Source: Salpingoeca rosetta
Lineage: Eukaryota > Protista > Choanoflagellata
DNA: 64,000 bases
NCBI GenBank assembly: GCA_033442325.1
Contig: JAWQFM010000019.1
Coordinates: forward strand, 1,031,992 to 1,095,991
Reading direction: 5' to 3'
The translations under genes were made by a program, and so were the position numbers. The first letter of the stretch is position 1. Every line of letters starts with the position of its first letter. Under the pieces are notes generated by a model, which worked only from the letters and a program-made list of their open reading frames with translations, was not told the origin of the DNA and made no database searches. Below are positions 12,445-26,099 of this stretch, one piece after another.

Positions 12445-12815
12445 GTCAACAGTTTGCTTTTCTTGTCTCAGTCGCTCTTCTATGTATCTCGTGGATGGAG
12501 TGTCAAACTCAACAAACCGCAACAGCCTCACACACACTCACCCACACACGTACACATACACACACTTACACCCACATGCCTGTGGGGCGCAGAAACCAAG
12601 AGGTCCATTTACGACAGATATGGCTACGAAGGCCTGAAAGAGGGCGGCACGCGGCCAAACGCAGGCTTTCATTTCAGGGACACCTCCGACATTTTCCGGT
12701 GCGCCGCCATGGCATGCCACTTGCAGCTTGTATGCCTCCTCGCTTGCTTCCTTGCTTGCAATACTTTTTGCCTTGCACCCTTCTTGCTTGGATGCAATTA
12801 CCCTCTCAGACGCCC

Positions 12816-12851
<36 letters not shown>

Positions 12852-13863
12852 CCTGACGTGCTGTGCAACCTATTGCCCGTGTGTGCCACAGGGAGGTGTT
12901 TGGCTTTGACCCGTTTGGAGGCTCGCCGTTTGATGGTCGCGGTGGTCGCAGCCGCGGTAACGGCCACGCGCAACAGGCGCCGTTTGGCGGCCTCTTTGGC
13001 TCCTTCTTTGGCGGTGCGTTCCGTGTGCGTGCGTGTGTGTGAGTGTGTGTGTGTGTGTGGGTGTGTCGTGTCGTGTGACGTGACTCGTGCGCACCTGTTT
13101 CTTGCTTGTCCATCATATGTTCACCCACAAACACACCGTCAAACCCATCTACATCTACACATATACACACGCACGCACAGATGACATGTTTGGGGGCTTT
13201 GGGAATGGCTTTGGCGATGGCTTTGGGGGCGGCTTTGGTGACTTTGGTGCCCCATTTGGCGGCGGGATGGGCGGAAACGGATTTACACAATCGTCGTTCA
13301 CCAGCAGCAGCTTTGGCGGCCCTGGAGGTGTGTGTGTGTCTGTGTGTGTGTGTGTCTGTGTGTGTCTGTGTGTGGGGTGTATTGCCCGCGCGTGCGTGTG
13401 TTGCATAAAGGCTGTCGGTCGCGTCTGCAGATGGTTTGGTTCACAAACCGTCGGCCATCTATCCACGCTGTCTGTCTCACTCTTTCTGTCTCCCTCTCTC
13501 TCTCTCTCTTTCTTTTTTTGTCTCAGGAACGAGCTTTTCCCAATCATCACAGACAGTCATCCAAGACGGCAAGCGAATAACGACAACCAGGTACGTTCCT
13601 TGCAACATCCGTACACTCCTTGTGTGGGTGTGCGTGTGCGTGTGCTGGATCATTCAATGAATGTGCACACCACCTTCTCATCTTCCGCGCGCGCACACAC
13701 ACACACACACATACACACACACACATGGCTGCCTACCTGTCTGTCTGATGCCACCAGGACGACCCAGAACGGCGTGACATCGGAGCGTGTGGAGGAGGTT
13801 GATCAGCGCACAGGCGAGGTGCGCTCCACTATCATACAATCACACACATATACACACACGCAC

Positions 13864-13895
<32 letters not shown>

Positions 13896-14081
13896 GAACC
13901 ATGTTCTCGTCTGTGTTTGCTCCCTCACCGCATCACTTTTGCTTCTACCGCGCCCCCCCCCCACACACACACACACGCACACACGCGCACGCACGCACAA
14001 CATCAGGTGCTTGCGCTGACGATTGACGGTCAGGCGCAACCAGTTGGGCGACTCGAGGCTGCACCACCACCACGCCACTGA
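11457..14081 (+). CDS. DNAJB6: DnaJ/Hsp40 class B co-chaperone, DNAJB6/MRJ-like; about 8 exons
   Basis: J domain with HPD: [13 protein letters not shown] / [49 protein letters not shown] / [15 protein letters not shown]. Then a G/F-rich region, an S/T-rich segment and a C-terminal [12 protein letters not shown]…VEE…LTIDG, ending TGA at 14079-14081. Confidence 0.9.
11922..12021. other. Assembly gap (100 N) in DnaJ intron 1
   Basis: Run of N in the sequence. Confidence 1.
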
Positions 14082-15346
14082 TGGGTCAAGGCCTCCCCTC
14101 TTCACCACCACCTACTCCTTCCCCTTAATCACCTGCGGCTGAAGCGCCATCTCGTCGGCGCTCTCAATCCCCCAACGGACACCTCCACGTCGTCGTCGTT
14201 GTTGTTTTAGTTGTTGACCCCCGGATGGATCGGACGGATATGAAACCGAACCCGACTCGATTAACGAACGTGTGTTTGCGCGTTCGCATCAGTGGCTGGC
14301 ACACACATCCCCCCCCCCTTTTTTTTTCCTTCGTGCTTTGTTTTTCTTCCTCATCCCCCCCCCCGCCTTATGCTCCTCTAGCTGCTTGTTTCTTCCTCCA
14401 CTTTGCCCGCCATCCGCGACACTACCGTCCCGTCAGTACTCTCGTATTGTCGCCCTCATTCTTCTTGTTCTCTTTTTCCTTCTTCTGAATCGTCGCCAGC
14501 TCTTTTTTCGCCGTCATATCCTCCCCTTTCCTTTCCTTTCCTCTCCTTCCCTTCATCTCTGTGCCCTGAGTGACTTACTCCCCCCCCCCTTCTTGCTCTC
14601 CCCCTCCTTTTTCCCCACTGCTTCCCTCTCCCAGTCGGGAATTTTGCCCGGCAACACCACTAAAAGCACCCGTGATTCCTCCCTGCCTTCGACTGCCTTT
14701 AACCCCTCAAACCTCCCCACCCAGTTGCTACCTTTTACCTCCTCCCCTTCCTTACCCCATCTCCTCAGAAACACAAACACACGCGAATTGACTTTTTCTT
14801 TTCCGACGCATGCATGTGAGCACGAGAATGCATGCGCACACTTGAGTCTGCTCTCAACCTCCACTCCTTTAGCTGTTCCTCTTCTTGTTCTTCTTCTTTT
14901 TCCTACATGAGCGCGTTGATGCGTGGGGGTATCACTCTGTCGCTTCTCGACACGTGTTGCAGCCCTCTTGCACAACGCTCTTCCCTCCCGCTGTCTGCTT
15001 CTTCTTACTCTTGAGTGCCTCGAACACGTTTCTTCTTCTTCTTCTTCTTCTTCTTCTTCTTCTCCTGTGTATGCGTGTGTGTCATAGGTCATCCCTGTGA
15101 GGGGGTTTGCGGCTAGTGTCGCATGCCCTTCTCCACTTGCACCCCAGTTCCGATGACCCCCAACCGCTCTCTTGAGAGAAGTCGTGCGTGCGTTTTGTAG
15201 CTGTCACCGTTGAACAAGTTGCTTGTCACTGTTGCTTGCACTGCTGACCCTATTCCCCTGTTACTTCTTCCTTCTTCTGCTGTCCCTTTCACATTCGAGG
15301 GCCACTGCCACACCTGCACAAACACGTCTTGGCACTACCACGTGTG

Positions 15347-15377
<31 letters not shown>

Positions 15378-16573
15378 ACGACGTGTGCCTGCGTGTGTGT
15401 GCATGCGCTGCTGGGCCTGATGGTTATTCGGTGATTGGGGTTTTTGCTTGTTTTTATATCTTGCGTTGGCTGATGCACGCAGCAACACCGCAACCGCATT
15501 TTTGAGTTCTTCATCTCGCACAATACACAAGCACGACAATGGTGAATTGATGCATGTGGTGGTGGTGGTGTTAATGCCACTCTGAAACCAAACAGCACAC
15601 AATGCTCTGCCTTTCTGCTTGGTTGGTTGTGCTTGCTCCACACAGCGTGTTTGGCGGCTTTATTCGCAAATGACCCCCCCCCCCAACCCGTAAGCAACAC
15701 TCTCACTAAGCATGAACCATCTTCACACAACGAGCAAACAACACATCATACCAACCAACCATACCACACCACCTGCCAACTTGCGCGGATGATGAAGATG
15801 AGTGGGGCAAGTGACATCGCATCACATTACATCACATCAGCGCACACACACGAGGGCAGCAACAGTGATCTGCACAGCCACGCAAGACGGCACGGTGAAA
15901 AAGACACCGCGAATACAATAGCGCGCAATCAACTGTCAAAGGTGGCGCAGAGGACGATGACGGCTGTTGCATGTCTGCAGCTTCAGAACCAAAACACAAA
16001 TCATATCACATGGCAACGCCGCTCCAAAAAAAAAAAAAAAAAAAAAGTCATCGGAACAAGCACAAACACAAACACACAACACACACGCACAGGAGACATG
16101 CGCACGCGCACACGAGACACGCATGTGTACGAACATGCACAACTGAGTCGCAACGAAAGGATACAACAAAACAGGGTGACAAAACCAGATGCGACACAAC
16201 GTGACAATGAATGGATGGATAAAGTGTGGTAAGCTAAACACAGATGATGAGGAAATAGAGGAGGAGCTGATCACTGCTCCACAACACAGACACACAAACA
16301 CTCAGACACACAGATGCACACGACATACAGACCATGCATAAAGGGCGCACATCAACAAAGAGATGGGAAGCCCGCTAGACTATTAATAGGTCTACAGGCC
16401 CTGCAAAAGGATGTGACTTGGTGAACCAGGCACACGACAACAACAGAACAGAAAAAGGCAGGGGAATGGATACTGGACTGATGCCCGCGTGCATACATAG
16501 TACACATGATGAGCAAGCGTGAGAAAAAAAATAGTGGGTCAACATAAGTGTACACTGCACTCCTGTCCCGGGA

Positions 16574-17673
16574 TCAGACCACGCTCTGAGACACGCGGGC
16601 ACCGACAAGGGCAGTTGTGGAGGCTGTTGTGGACATGCCGTTGCTGCCTTGCCCAGATGACTCATCATCGCCAGCATCGCCATCACTGGCACCACCGCTG
16701 GAACGATGCTGCTGCTGTTGCTGCTGCTGCATGTTGATATCCTGCATGTCCTGCTGCATCTGCAGCTGCTGCTTCATCAACTCTGCCTCGCGTGCCTGCC
16801 TCAGCTGCGCGGCGTCAAGGCTGTGGTACCCGGTCGCCGTGGACGCACGCGACGCTGTTCCGGACCGCACCTCCTGAATGCCGGCGCTGTTCTCCGGAAT
16901 GGACGTGAAGATGGGCGACGTCAGCCCCGTGCTGCTTGGTGGCGCGTTGGTCAGGTGCCGGTTGTTGCTGGCCACGTTGGTTGGCGCCTGCACCACCTCC
17001 CCTGCACTCGTGCCGACACTGCTGCCGCTCGTCAGGGAGGATGCGCGCCCCGCCACCTGTGCCGCCTGCACCTTAAGGTCGGCAACAGAGGTGTAGCTCG
17101 GGCGTTGCTCGAGCAACTGCTTGGCGTCCGCCTTGCGTTCCTCAAGTTCCTGCGCAAACGTGGAAAAGTCCATGGCCCCGCCCGTGCTGTCGGCAATGGA
17201 GGTGGTCGTGCCGGCGTTTGGTACAGCACTGCACTTGCCCCTGGTGATGGTGGTGGTGGTGGTGGTGGTGGTGGTGGTGGTGGTGAGGGTGGCGAACGAG
17301 ATTGAGGATGGTCAAGGGAAGCATTGTGTTGGTTGTGACATGAGTGATGCAGTGGAGGTGGAAACTTCAGGACACACACACACACACGCACTGTTGTGCA
17401 CCTGAAGAAACGGAGGATGCGGCGGAATGTGGGGCGATCGTCGGGGTCGTGTTCCCAGCTGCGCAGCATCAGTTTGTACAGGTCCTGCAACACACACACA
17501 CACACACGCAACAAGACGAGCAGTGAGCAGAGCAAGGCGAGGGAGAAATGGGCAGCAACGGGCACAGGTGGCTGCAGTGAACACCATTCGCCTGCAACGC
17601 ACATCCCAGGCACACAACAGAAATACAAACTTGTGTGCACGAAACGTGCGCATCTGTGTGTGCACATGGGTAC

Positions 17674-17726
<53 letters not shown>

Positions 17727-17730
17727 CGTG

Positions 17731-17762
<32 letters not shown>

Positions 17763-17791
17763 GTCGTGTGTGTGTGTGTGTGTGTGTGTGC

Positions 17792-17836
<45 letters not shown>

Positions 17837-20800
17837 CGTGCGTGCGCGCACCTCGCTGGAAAGCGCTGGCTTGGGCAGGCGCTCGCCCTTGGCAATGGCC
17901 AGGGCGGTCTCGACAGCGGAGTGGGAGGCCCACGGGGTTGTGCCAAGGGTCATCACTTCCCATGCAAGCACGCCCCATGCCCACACGTCAGAAGCAGACG
18001 AGAACAGCTTCTTCTCAATCGCTTCAAGCGGCATCCTGAGGAAGATCAAGCACAACAACACGTGCAACAGGGTATAATTGTGCGTGTGTGTGCGTGCGTG
18101 TCAGATGAGTGTTCATGAATCACATCGCGTGTGATGCAGAGAACACGTACTACAACAACCACACCATCAACGCTCACATCACAGTCACCACCAGAACCAG
18201 CTACCACCACCATGTGTGTGCAACTGACCACTTGATGGGCACCATGTCGTCGCTCTTCTTGCGGTAGTAGTCCGTGTTGGCCATCAGCCGTGACATGCCA
18301 AAATCACTCAGCCGCACGTCGTCCAGCTGGCTGCCCACAAGCACGTTGCGCGCGGCAATGTCCCGGTGCACAATGTTGTGCGAGGCGAGGTACACGCACG
18401 CGTCTGCAATCTTGGCCAGGATGTTGAACAGCCTGTCCTCCGTGACGGCGGAGGCGCGGGTGTTGCGCAGCACCTGCACCAGGCTGCCCATCTCCATGTA
18501 CTCCGTCATGAGCAGCACGGGCTTGGCGTCAACCTGCACCGCCACAATGCGGGTGATGTGCGGGTGGTCCAGCATGGCCAGCAGCCGGCACTCGTACAGA
18601 AACGTGTTCTGCTCCTCAGAGTCGACGTCCTGGTTCAAGCGCTTGACGGCAACCTGCATCACGCTGCCGTTGCGCTCGAGGTCACCAAGCATGACAACGC
18701 CAAACGCGCCGCGCCCAAGCTCGCGACCAAGCGTCACCTGGTGCATCTGCACCTTGAGGCTCTCGTAGCGCGAGGAGAGGGCCTTGTCGTAGCCAAACCG
18801 CTGCACCATCTCGTCGTGCACCTGCTGCTGCGCCCGCTTGATCTCCTGCTCGAAGATGCGGCGACGCAGCGATTCCTGGCGGTAGCGGCGGAACAGCACA
18901 ATACCGCCCACAACAAGCACAAAGGCAACCACCATGACAATGGCAACAATGACGGCCCACTGGTTGCTCTCGTTCGCCTTGTTGGCGGCTGCGAGGAGCA
19001 CGCAGTCTTCCTCTTGCTGGAGGGCCGACTCCTGGCAAATTTGCTCCAAGGGCAGCGGCGGCAGGCTAAGTGACGCACGCCACCGCTCCAGCTGTCACCG
19101 TTGTGTCGTTTCGTCATTGGGGGGGGGGGTGCCGTGTGCGATGACGAGAGTTGTGCAGCGCAGGTTGGTGATGAGCAAAAGCGACAAATGTGAGCGATAG
19201 CGGGCAACCCATGGCTTCTCAATCGGCTCCCAACACAGCGCAAGCACGCGAAGCAGCCATGCAGTGCAAGCACGCAAGGCAAGCACTGTGTGTTACCTGT
19301 TGGATGCGGCCGTAGTTGTCTGTGATGGCGCGATACGAGGCGGTGGTGGCGGCAACAAAGGTGTCATAGTAGTCATCAAACAGCTCCTCCCACTCGTAAT
19401 CGGGTAAGTAGAAGAAATCGTCGCTCAGGAGAAACTCGCTGAACACGTGCTGATCTGTGCGCCATAAATGTGTGCGTGTGTGTGTGTGTGCGTGTGTGTG
19501 TGTGTGCGTGTGTGTGTGCGTGCGTGTGTGTGTGTGTGTGTGCGTGTGTGTGTGTGTGTGTGTGAATCAGGTGGCGGCGGTTCGGAAATGGGAGGGGGGA
19601 CGCCGGTGCAAGTGTCACAAAACGTAGAACCAACACACAACACAACACAACACAGCACAGCACAGCACACGCCACCAAACAGAATGCAACGACTCACCGA
19701 AAGCGCCCTGGTACTCTGAGAAGCCGAGCATGAGGAGGTCCTGTGCCGGGTTGCCGTCTTCCAGGAAATAGAAGCGAAGAACATCAAACAGGTCGTCAGC
19801 CATCTCCCGCGGCCAGTCATCATCAAGCTGGTGCCATCAAAGAGGACAAGTGTCGCAGGGGTGTGGAGGTGGAGGTGGAGGTGGAGAGGAATGCGTACAC
19901 GCACGTAAGCATGTTGAAATGTGAGCGGACAGCAGTGGAAGGTGTGACGCAGCGGGCACGATGCACATGACCGAGGCAGCACATGTGCTTTCTCGGCGGC
20001 ACTCCCAACTGCATAGCACCAATCTCCTCATCAGTGCTTTGTCGATCACTCGCTAACCCACCCACTTGCTCACTTTCTTTTCCACTCACATTCAACCCAC
20101 CCACACACACGCACACGGCCCCACTCGTAACCCCACTGCAAACCCCATCCCTTCTCTTCCTCCTCTCTTCGTCTCTCCTCCCTCACCACCACCATCGCCA
20201 ACACCATCCCTCGTGTGCACGCACCAGGACTTGCTTCTGCTCCTCGCGAAGGTGTGAGCGGCGGTACTGGCCCGACAGCGGCAGACGTGTCACAGGCAGC
20301 GTCGACAGCCACCCGAAAAAGTCCTGCATCACCTCCTTCTTCGACGCGGCCGTGCCGCTGCGAATGGAGTACGACTCGCCGCCCTCAGCAAAGAACGGGG
20401 CGTAGTTGATAATCTTCCCGGGTGTCGTGCTGGACTCAAGGCCTTTCGGGCACAGTTTCGCTGTGCATATGTCAAGCTGACCTTTCTCCTCGTTGTACAC
20501 CTGTTTACAATCATGCATGTGTGTGTGCGTGTGCGTGTGTAAGCGTGAGTGAGGGTGTGCGTGGGGAGGGAAAAGGGCGGTTGGGAAGCAAGGGTGGTGG
20601 TCGATTCAGTCTCAACACGTCGCAGGGCATGATTGGACATCCCAGCGCTGATCTGCTGAGGATGATTCAGTGCGTCTGGTTCAATGACTCATCACCCGTG
20701 GACTCGTTTGCGAATGCATGCATGCAGAGCGGACAGGTCACGAGCCCACTGCATCATGGCACCATGTTGGCGCGGAGTTCTCACCCATTCAGATCCCGGG

Positions 20801-23774
20801 AATCGGAGGCGGCGGCCCCAGTACCCGTTGGTCGTGTCCGGCTGCCACTTCTCACCATCTGCACACATACACGCACACAAGCATATGAGTTTAAGTGTTA
20901 TCCCTCAAGTCGGAACACAGCACTTCATCGCGGTGGCACGCTTTGACGCGACAAACGACAAACCACACACACATACAACACACAACACACAACACACATA
21001 CAACACACAACACACACGCACATCCACCCATCACAGCAAAGCATGTTGGGCGTACGTACCGCGCTGGACGTTGATGCTGTACTTTCCGTCTGGGAGGAGC
21101 AGCTGTGTGAGTGTGCCGGGCATGGAGAGCACACCCGCGCAGCGCCCCGTCGGAAACGCCGTCTTGCGGTCGCACTTGCCCGCTGATAAAGGGGGGGGGT
21201 GCATGCAGACGTGGTTGAGCGAAAGCGAGAATGTGTGTGTGTGTGTGTGTGTGTGTGTTGTGTGTGCGTGAGTGTGTGTGTGTTGTGTTGTGTGTTGTGT
21301 GTGTGAGATATGTGTGTGTTGTGTGTTGTGTGTTGTGTGTGTGAGATATGTGTGTGTTGTGTGTTGTGTGTGCGTGTTGTGTGTTGTGTGTTGTGTGTGT
21401 GTGCGTTGTGTGTGCGTGTGCGTGCGCGTGTGTGATGTGTGTGATGTGTGGTGTGTGGTGTGTGTGTGATGTGTGTGATGACGATGGGCATGGCCTCAGT
21501 GTAACAGTGCAGGTGCACAAGTCCACAAGGATACAACAAACCACCAACCGCCACACCGTCCCCCCTCCCTCGCCTTCCCCCTCTCTTCGCCCCGTTGCAC
21601 TGGCGCTGCTGTGCGTACTTGTTGCGAGCTCCGTCTGGCAGTTTGAGGAGCGCACGAGGCGCGAGAAGAGGCGGATGGCGTACTTGAGGCCCGGGTGGTC
21701 GAGGTACGGCTCAAAGGTGGTGGCGTTGAAGAAGAGATTCTGCTCCGTGTACCGCCCCTTGCAGTCGTCAAAGCCCTCGCACTCCTGCGTTGTTGTCTGC
21801 AGCACAGGCGCGACAAACGCATACAGGTAGTTGACCTGTTTGGCGTGCCAGAGTTGTCGGTAGACAGAGGGTTGGTGGATGGAGGGTAGGGGGGCAGACG
21901 GGGGTGAGAGAAGCGTGGAGCACAACACAAGCAAGAATGGCAGCGGTGGTGGTGAACGGCTTCAAGCATGCGGAAATGGTTTGGTTTGCTCTCTCGCAGT
22001 CACGTGCATTTGCACAGGTACAACACAAGGCACAAAACCATGCACACACACGCACGCACACACGCACACACACGGCGCGTGCACCAAACGCTGCACCCAC
22101 ACACACACGCACACGCACACGCACACGCACACGCACACACACACACACACACACGCACACGCGCACACATACACACACACGGCGCGTGCACCAAACAATG
22201 CACCCAACGCGCGTACGACGTCCGGTACCTGCGGAGTGAGGCAGTAGCCCCAGTCTGGCTCGCCGTCGCCGTTGTGGTCTTTGCCGTTCAGCAGCTCCGA
22301 GTGGGCAACAAGCTCCTCAAGCGTCTCCGGCGGCTGCAGGCCGTTCCTGGTGGTGACGGGAGGTGAAGTGTGTGTTGGCGGGAAAGGAAAGCATTAAGGG
22401 GTTGGACGATGCAACAGGGAGGGGTGAGCTCTGGTGAACTGAGGATGGCACGTACACGCTTGGGCATTTGTAAAACAACGCACATGATACAGCACAGGGA
22501 GACAGACAGAAAAGACTTTTGCGTACATGCACGTACGCACAATACAGGACACACGCACAGATACGCGCACAGATATCCGACACAGGACGCGCGCACAGAT
22601 ACGCACACGTACACACACGACACGACACACACGACATACGACACACGACACACAACACACGACACACAACACACAACACATGCCGACCTGTCATAGACAT
22701 CCTGGCGGTAACCGAGCGCAACGTAGTCTGTGTCGAGCGGGAGAGCGCGCACGGTTCCGTTGAAGGAAACAGCCTCGCGTGTGGCAGGGTTCACATCTGT
22801 CCACCCAATCTTGGCTGTTGTGCATGGCGTGATGGGAGGGGTGTGTGAGGAGGGGAGGGTGTGTTAGGGTGAACGAGTGCGAGAAAAGAAGGTGGGTGGG
22901 TGAGTAAGCGATGAGGGATGCGTGGTTTTACCATTGACTTGCCACCACGCGATAGAAGCACGCACAAACGCACACGCGACCGCATCCACAAACGCACACG
23001 CACGCAGGTGCGCGCAAACATGCACACAGCAGACCAACCTGTGTTCTCTGAGATCCAAGGGCTGAGGTTTTCAAGGCCATCGACAATGGCGGGAAGCCAG
23101 GGCGGCTGTACGATGTACGCATCATAGATGCCTGAGGATGACGCGTTAGACGGGAGAAAGGAGGTGAGTGATTCAAGCCATCAACCATGCGTTGAGTATC
23201 TGTTGAACCGAACATCACATGCACATACGCACAACGTCCAGGCACAAAACAGTTCACACGAAGACACACACGCGCGCACACACGAACGCACACGGGCGGG
23301 CCCACACAGGCACATTTGCACACTTGCACACGCACCTGCGCCTGCCTCTTGGAAGAGACCGCCGCCGCGAGCACGGTAGCTGACGCCGACGTCCTGTCGA
23401 AGGTCTTCCTCCATTGTGTCTTCATCGCCTTCGCCATCCTCGCCGTTGTACGTGAGCTGAACGCGGGCGCCAGTGCATGCGTTGAACTCCTTGAGGCGTG
23501 GGATCCACAGGTCCTCACGCTCAAACGCAAGCAGAGACGCGGGGATGCCCTGATACACGCAGCACTTGTCCTCGAGCCAGGTGCTGTTGTGGGCAAGGCA
23601 CACGGTGCAATCGCACGCCGTGGTGGTGATTTCGTTACCGCACTGGAGATCCTCCGTGGTGCGTCGCTCCCGCTGAAAGTGGAATGTGGCTGAGACGGTT
23701 GCGGACGACAACAGGGCTGCCGCCGCAACAGCGGCCAGGAGAGCCGCCACGCTCAGCACACGTGGACCTGTCAT
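16574..23774 (-). CDS. Receptor tyrosine kinase with an extracellular solute-binding-protein (type II periplasmic binding fold, ABC sugar-binding-like) ectodomain; about 15 exons
   Basis: Signal peptide [25 protein letters not shown]. Ectodomain: [92 protein letters not shown]. One TM helix [23 protein letters not shown] followed by RRYR. TK domain: [57 protein letters not shown]. The tail ends …SQSVV*. Confidence 0.9.
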
Positions 23775-24850
23775 GCCCGCCTAGACGCTTCTCAGAGACG
23801 GGGGCGGTACGTCTGCGCGTGCGCTTGCGCTTGCGTGCTTGGGGGTGTGTATGCGTGGGGTGTTGTTGTTGAGTCGGTTCTGCAGTTGAAGCAGGTGGTG
23901 GTGGCGGTGGTGTGAAGAGGGAGCGCGTCAATGCGAAGGAAGTGTCAATCGAGGAGAATGGACGGCCAATGGAAAGAAACACAGGTGGGGGGGGAGTGTG
24001 TGGGAATGGATATGTGGTGATGGCGAGTGAGTGTTGTGAGACAGTATGATGTGCGAACAAGTGATGGAGAGGAAGTTGGAGTCGGATGACTTCTTGTGAG
24101 CCTTGCTCAATATCCAAGCAAGCAATCAAGCAGCAGGACGTTGTTGGGGGAAAAGGAAAAAGCAATGAAGAGAAGAGACAGAGAAAGTAAGGCAAGAAAG
24201 AAGCACCGCAGAGCAGATGCGTCGAGCGCCTTTTGAACGAGGTGCGAGGAACGGCAACACACACACCCAAAACCATCGAAGGTCGGCGGCATACCAGCAT
24301 CCAGAACAAGTCTTGACACACGAACCTTCGTGTTGATGTGATGCTCTTCAAGTCAGGGTAGACGGCCTCGTCAGGGTCGGTGTGGTTGGCGTGCGGTTGG
24401 TGCGTGTGGGGTGTTGTGTGTGTTTGCGTGTGTGTTGCTAATCATGCGATATGTGATTGGGTGTGTCGGTGGTGGTTGTGTGTGGTTGGGGGGTTTTGTG
24501 TGATTGAGTGTGTGGTTGTGTGTGGGTGAGTGCTGAATGGTTGCGTGGTGTCAAGTCAAGGCAGAGCCTGCGCGACAAACACGAGCGAGCGAGGCCGGAG
24601 GAAAAGTTGCACGAGAGATCGACGAACGGTTTTGACAGCAGTTGTGCTGCTTCTGGCCTTGTTGTTGGGTGCGGATGCTTTGTGCTTGGGTTGGTGCGAT
24701 TTCGAAGAATCGCACAATGATGATGTCATCCGTGTCAGGTTGTGCTGTCGTTTGTCCGTTTTGTATGCTCCGCATTGCGTCAGTTCAAATTTCACTGAAT
24801 TCAGTGTTTGGCGGCTTGGCGGCTTGGCGGGAATGTTTCAAACACTGAGG

Positions 24851-24952
<102 letters not shown>

Positions 24953-25186
24953 ACATGTGTGTGTGAACACAGATTGACGTCTTGCTGCGACTACGAGGGA
25001 AAAGGCGGGCGCGAAATCCTCCACAACCACACACAACAAGCAAGCGCACACACACATGCATATTCCTCAGCACACACAGGCACACAACAAACAACAACAA
25101 CTGACAGCAGCAGCAGCAACATAGACACACACACGCACGCGCGCGTGCACGTGAATGTCATATTGAGCCTGACACTTTCCTAGCAT

Positions 25187-26022
25187 GGATGAGGTGCATT
25201 CGTTGAGGGAGGAGCACAGGTGGCACACGAACCAAGTGGTCGTGGGTGATCTGTGCCTGCCATGCGTGGCGAGCTGCATTCAGCGCGGGCTGAATCTGGA
25301 CCACTGTCTCGGCGCCCTTCTTGCAGTGCTGAAGGACCACGTCGTCCTCGCCAGCACCGTGCTCAACCACACCCCCGATGTGCTCGACGCCTTGCTGCGC
25401 GCCCTCGTCCATGCTGCAGCAGTCGACACTGGCGCCAACAACAACAACAACAACAACAACAATGGTGACCCCGCTCACCCACAATCTCCACAAGCATGTA
25501 CGTCAAACAGGGGGGGGGGGGCTCACTGGCAACCATGCGCCCTTGGCGCCAACATCCCTTTGCGTACATGTGCTTCTGTGGCTGCCTGTCGCATTGACGT
25601 TTTGTTGTTGATCAGACTGACGCTGAATATCAATTCCGACGCGAACTCATGTCGCGTCACGGCACGACAGGTCTCAGGTGCTTTTTGGAGAAACCGCTGA
25701 ACACGCCGCACACAACAGCCGCCCTCGCCATGCTGCTCTGCTCTCAGGTGAGGCAACCCTTTTCACAACGAGGTTATGCCAATCGAGATGCGTCAAACAA
25801 CGGCGCATACATGTCACCTCAGCTGCGCTCTGTGTATTGTCTGTATGTGTGTATGTGTGTATGCGCGTGTGTGCGTGTGTGTACCACATTGCGCACTCAA
25901 ACCCACGTGAAAGGTTGTCCACTCTTTTTCCATCCTTACGCATGCAGTAGCACCGCCTTGACATACACACACGCACACAGTGAGTGCATAAACACGACAT
26001 CACACACACACAATGACCCACT

Positions 26023-26099
<77 letters not shown>

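Noticed and set aside
14553-15092. 179-aa minus-strand ORF as a real gene
   Set aside because: Low-complexity K/E/G/R translation of a purine-rich strand with no recognisable motif or exon context.
19283-23774. Solute-binding-protein exons as bacterial contamination
   Set aside because: They are interrupted by many spliceosomal GT-AG introns with host-type microsatellites and lead into the TM-kinase exon.
25480-25680. Apparent frameshift or GC donor between MEI1-like exons 1 and 2
   Set aside because: Using the GTACGT donor at ~25498 with the downstream ACGACAG acceptor at ~25670 restores the frame with canonical sites.
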